A stretch of DNA of 32,000 bases from the NCBI RefSeq assembly GCF_000009965.1, contig NC_006624.1:1-32000 (forward strand), written 5' to 3'. Source of the stretch: Thermococcus kodakarensis KOD1 (GTDB taxonomy: Archaea; Methanobacteriota_B; Thermococci; Thermococcales; Thermococcaceae). The notes beneath the pieces were generated by a model. The model saw nothing but the letters and a program-made list of their open reading frames with translations. It was not told the DNA's origin and made no database searches. Shown piece by piece: positions 29,404 through 32,000 of the stretch. Made by a program: the position numbers and the translations under genes. Every line of letters starts with the position of its first letter. Within the stretch, counting starts at the first letter, position 1.

Positions 29404-30681
29404 ATGGGAAAGGTAAAGGGTGTTTCAGCGCTGTTGCTAATCATCGCAATGCTGACTCTCCCTGCCGTTTCAAGCTCGGAAAACCCAGTGCTGTGGAAGG
29501 GTTCGGTGTGCAGTGATGTCCAGTATCAGAAGAGCATTGAGGCCGTGGCGATTGCCAACACTACTGTCTACGCTGCCTGCTCCTACCGCCAGGTCGCGAA
29601 CTCCTCGGGGCTGATAGGGGTGTACTACCTTGGTACGCTCTATGCGTATTCCTTAAACGGCTCAAAGCTGTGGGAGAATGCTTCCGGCTACGTTGTCAAG
29701 CTCCATCCAATCGATGGGGGTGTTCTCGCGGGCAGTCTGGGTGGATTGATACTCTTTGACAACTCCAGCAGAATCCTCTCCGTGGCCAACACCATGGGCA
29801 AGCTCTACGACTTCACGGTTAAAGATGGCGTCATCTATGCAGCCGGCGGTGACTACTTTATATCCGGCCCGAACTCTTCGGTAACCTACAGGGGCAGTCT
29901 CTACGCCGTTAACCTTGGAAAAAATCTAACTTTTATATGGAACGTCTCCGTTGACGACATGCTCTCGAGGGTGAGGGTTGGAAAGGGGGTCATCTATGCC
30001 TCCTCGGGGTTCCCATCGGGGTATTCTTTCTCGCACCAGTTTGGGTCGCTCTACGCGTTCTCCCTCGATGGAAGGCCCCTATGGAACATAACCCTCGGCC
30101 ACTGGGTCAGGGACATGGAGGTGTGGAACGGCAGTGCGCTCCTGGGAACGGGCTTTGACAATTCAAGGGGCGAGATTTATCTGGTGTCCCCCAATGGAGA
30201 AGTACTGATGAAGGGGAGTGCCTTCTATGTGGAGGACATCCTCGTGGTTGGGGACACCGCTTATGTCTCGGGGTACAATGGGCAAAACGGCAGTGTGATG
30301 TCCTTGAAGCTTCCGTCGGGCCAGGTGATCTGGGAGCAAGAGCTTCCATATAGGGCCAAAGTGATGGCCTACTCAGACGGTCTCCTCCTGGTTGGCGTGG
30401 GTAAGTTTGAGCAGAAGACCGAGAACGGTACAACGTACATCTACAGCGTCGGTTCCCTCTATGCTCTTGACCCAGAGAGCGGAGAAGTCGTTGGAAGTGT
30501 CTCTAACACCGGCTATGTAAGGAGCATCGCAGTTCTCGGTGACAGAGCTGTTGTTGGGACTGCCAGTTCGGAGTTCTACGTGATTGACGTCAGTGCCCTC
30601 AAGGGCAAAAATGGAACGTGTGGGCCGGCGGGTATAGTCCTGCTGGCTGTACTATTTGGGCTTCTGATTAAGAGACTTTGA
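29404..30681 (+). CDS. Secreted, membrane-anchored PQQ/YVTN-like beta-propeller protein
   Basis: Signal peptide GVSALLLIIAMLTLPAVSSS, multiple GxLYAxxxxG.xLWN-type blades (LYAYSLNGSKLWENA, LYAFSLDGRPLWNITLG, LYALDPESGEVVG), C-terminal AGIVLLAVLFGLLIKRL. Confidence 0.88.
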   Translation: MGKVKGVSALLLIIAMLTLPAVSSSENPVLWKGSVCSDVQYQKSIEAVAIANTTVYAACSYRQVANSSGLIGVYYLGTLYAYSLNGSKLWENASGYVVKLHPIDGGVLAGSLGGLILFDNSSRILSVANTMGKLYDFTVKDGVIYAAGGDYFISGPNSSVTYRGSLYAVNLGKNLTFIWNVSVDDMLSRVRVGKGVIYASSGFPSGYSFSHQFGSLYAFSLDGRPLWNITLGHWVRDMEVWNGSALLGTGFDNSRGEIYLVSPNGEVLMKGSAFYVEDILVVGDTAYVSGYNGQNGSVMSLKLPSGQVIWEQELPYRAKVMAYSDGLLLVGVGKFEQKTENGTTYIYSVGSLYALDPESGEVVGSVSNTGYVRSIAVLGDRAVVGTASSEFYVIDVSALKGKNGTCGPAGIVLLAVLFGLLIKRL

Positions 30682-30837
30682 GAATTTTGCTTTTTTCTTA
30701 ATCTATTTGTCGAACAACCTGTGTTGGATATCCTGCAACTGATTGGTAATAAAATTCTATGTTGAAGGGTGGCAATGTGACTGGATGTTCTCTTATTAAT
30801 GGGCGTTAAGGCTAAATAAGGGACATAGTCTATACGA

Positions 30838-30856
30838 AAAAGTTATATACTTTTCA
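30838..30856 (+). promoter_or_regulatory. TATA-like promoter element for the winged-helix/methyltransferase gene pair
   Basis: AAAAAGTTATATACTTTT about 80-95 nt upstream of ATG 30937. Confidence 0.45.
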
Positions 30857-30936
30857 ACCGCTAATAAAACTGTGGCAACATGCTCAGTCAATATCAGCAG
30901 GCTACAATCAGCCACAGAATTTCCGGAGGTGACAGG

Positions 30937-31266
30937 ATGAACTCGGTAGTAATCGAACCACAGGTATTGCGCTCCCTTCACCGCAGCGAGCTCAGAAAGA
31001 GGATATTGATGTATCTCAATGAGATATACCCATCCGCAACTTACCTGTCCGAGATAGCTCGGGTAATCGGCTCGGACCCCTCCAACGTCCGTGGGGCGCT
31101 GGTGGGTCTTGGGAATAGGTACAACAACGAAAGCTCCCTCGTTTACCTGGGTCTTGTCGAGGAGATAAGCAGGAACGGCTTCAAGTACTACCGTCTCACA
31201 GAGTACGGCAAGAGGGTCGTGGACTACCTCAGGGAGTACCACCGCTATTATCGGCGCTTCCTGTGA
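30937..31266 (+). CDS. Winged-helix DNA-binding protein
   Basis: Strong ribosome-binding site GGAGGTGA then ATG 30937; RSELRKRILMYLNEIYPSATYLSEIARVIGSDPSNVRGALVGLGNRY HTH. Confidence 0.8.
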   Translation: MNSVVIEPQVLRSLHRSELRKRILMYLNEIYPSATYLSEIARVIGSDPSNVRGALVGLGNRYNNESSLVYLGLVEEISRNGFKYYRLTEYGKRVVDYLREYHRYYRRFL

Positions 31267-31275
31267 GGTGGAGAG

Positions 31276-32000
31276 ATGCCCACCTCCCTAGTTCGCGCCG
31301 TCGATACCAACCTAGACCTTATGACCGAGATGTCCCTATTTTTTATAATCTCCCTTGGGGTAAAGCGCGGTATTTTTTCAGCGCTTTCAAAGCGGCCGTC
31401 CCTTTCAAGGTTCATGGACGAAGTTAGGATCCCAAACAGAAGGCTCCTTTCCCGCTTTCTGGCGACCCTCGACAGACTGGGCATGGTCAAAACGACCAAC
31501 GATCACATTGAGCTGGCGGAATTCTCTCACAACCTTGTCGTTGCGGCAGAACGGTACGGTGCCCTGGTTTCAGACTGGGCATCCGTTCTTGAGGAGATAT
31601 ACAAGATGGCTGACTACGCTTTCATAACCCCCACTCATCCCCAGATCCTTATGGACTTCGATAAGGACGCCGACTTCTGGGACATGAGAATGAGCACCTC
31701 ATTTTCCAACCTCTATCGTAGGGCTATAGCCGAAGTTGCAGAGATAAAACCTGGCATGTCGGTCCTGGATATCGGCTGTGGGTCGGTTTCTCCCTCTTAT
31801 TTCGGCAGGCTCGTTGGCTACAACGGCTTTTATCTGGGTTTGGATTACTCTTATGCCCTCCTGGACATAGCCCGGGCCAGAATCGCGGGCGAGGCCCTCC
31901 CCGTTGTCCTCAAGGAGATTGATGCTACCATTATACGCCCGGTGAACTCTTACGACGTTGTGATAATGAGCTTTGTCCTTGAGTACATCCAGAACAGGAA
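31276..32000 (+). CDS. Partial SAM-dependent methyltransferase with N-terminal winged-helix-like domain (runs off the window end)
   Basis: My translation from ATG 31276 stays open to the window end. GGTGGAG ribosome-binding site; MSVLDIGCGSVSPSYFGRLVGYNGFYLGLDYSYALLDIARARIAG motif I/II. Not in the supplied ORF track. Confidence 0.85.
   Translation, partial: MPTSLVRAVDTNLDLMTEMSLFFIISLGVKRGIFSALSKRPSLSRFMDEVRIPNRRLLSRFLATLDRLGMVKTTNDHIELAEFSHNLVVAAERYGALVSDWASVLEEIYKMADYAFITPTHPQILMDFDKDADFWDMRMSTSFSNLYRRAIAEVAEIKPGMSVLDIGCGSVSPSYFGRLVGYNGFYLGLDYSYALLDIARARIAGEALPVVLKEIDATIIRPVNSYDVVIMSFVLEYIQNR

Noticed and set aside
30682-30936. AT-rich intergenic region before the winged-helix gene considered as an ncRNA or hidden gene
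   Set aside because: Only a TATA-like element and a long possible leader are visible; no convincing box C/D, conserved helix or ORF. Would need RNA-seq.

Overview
This window is dense, ordinary-looking archaeal chromosome. From the family-B DNA polymerase at position 1 (774 aa extein plus 360 aa and 537 aa inteins), which matches my recollection of KOD polymerase, it appears to be Thermococcus kodakarensis KOD1 or a near-identical strain, starting at pol. Supported content: the twin-intein polymerase; an orphan 5S rRNA gene (about 27367-27493); housekeeping genes (SAH hydrolase, RNase P component 4, TrmO-like methyltransferase, NfeD-like and YgjP-like proteins, YjbQ, an HD hydrolase, a GTPase); a tungstate/molybdate ABC transporter (wtpABC); two VapBC-type modules; and many Thermococcales hypotheticals. 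No CRISPR, tRNA or transposase was seen. The most interesting points are: (1) wtpABC is split at both internal junctions, by a VapBC cassette on the opposite strand between wtpA and wtpB, and by a co-oriented AAA/OLD-like ATPase plus a TOPRIM-like (E...DxD) protein between wtpB and wtpC, which is a candidate split-OLD/PARIS-like defence pair; (2) the wtpC C-terminal MOP domain is frameshifted, and the missing domain is still readable in the +1 frame; (3) a second VapC (7004-7427) appears to be a pseudogene with two single-base lesions and an apparently intact VapB; (4) a four-gene SPFH / coiled-coil / two zinc-ribbon membrane-protein operon resembles bacterial YdjFGHI membrane-stress systems; (5) a protein divergent from the 5S gene looks like a degenerate MCM lacking Walker motifs; (6) a winged-helix + SAM-methyltransferase pair runs off the window end and is missing from the ORF track. 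All family assignments are by eye, with no database search.
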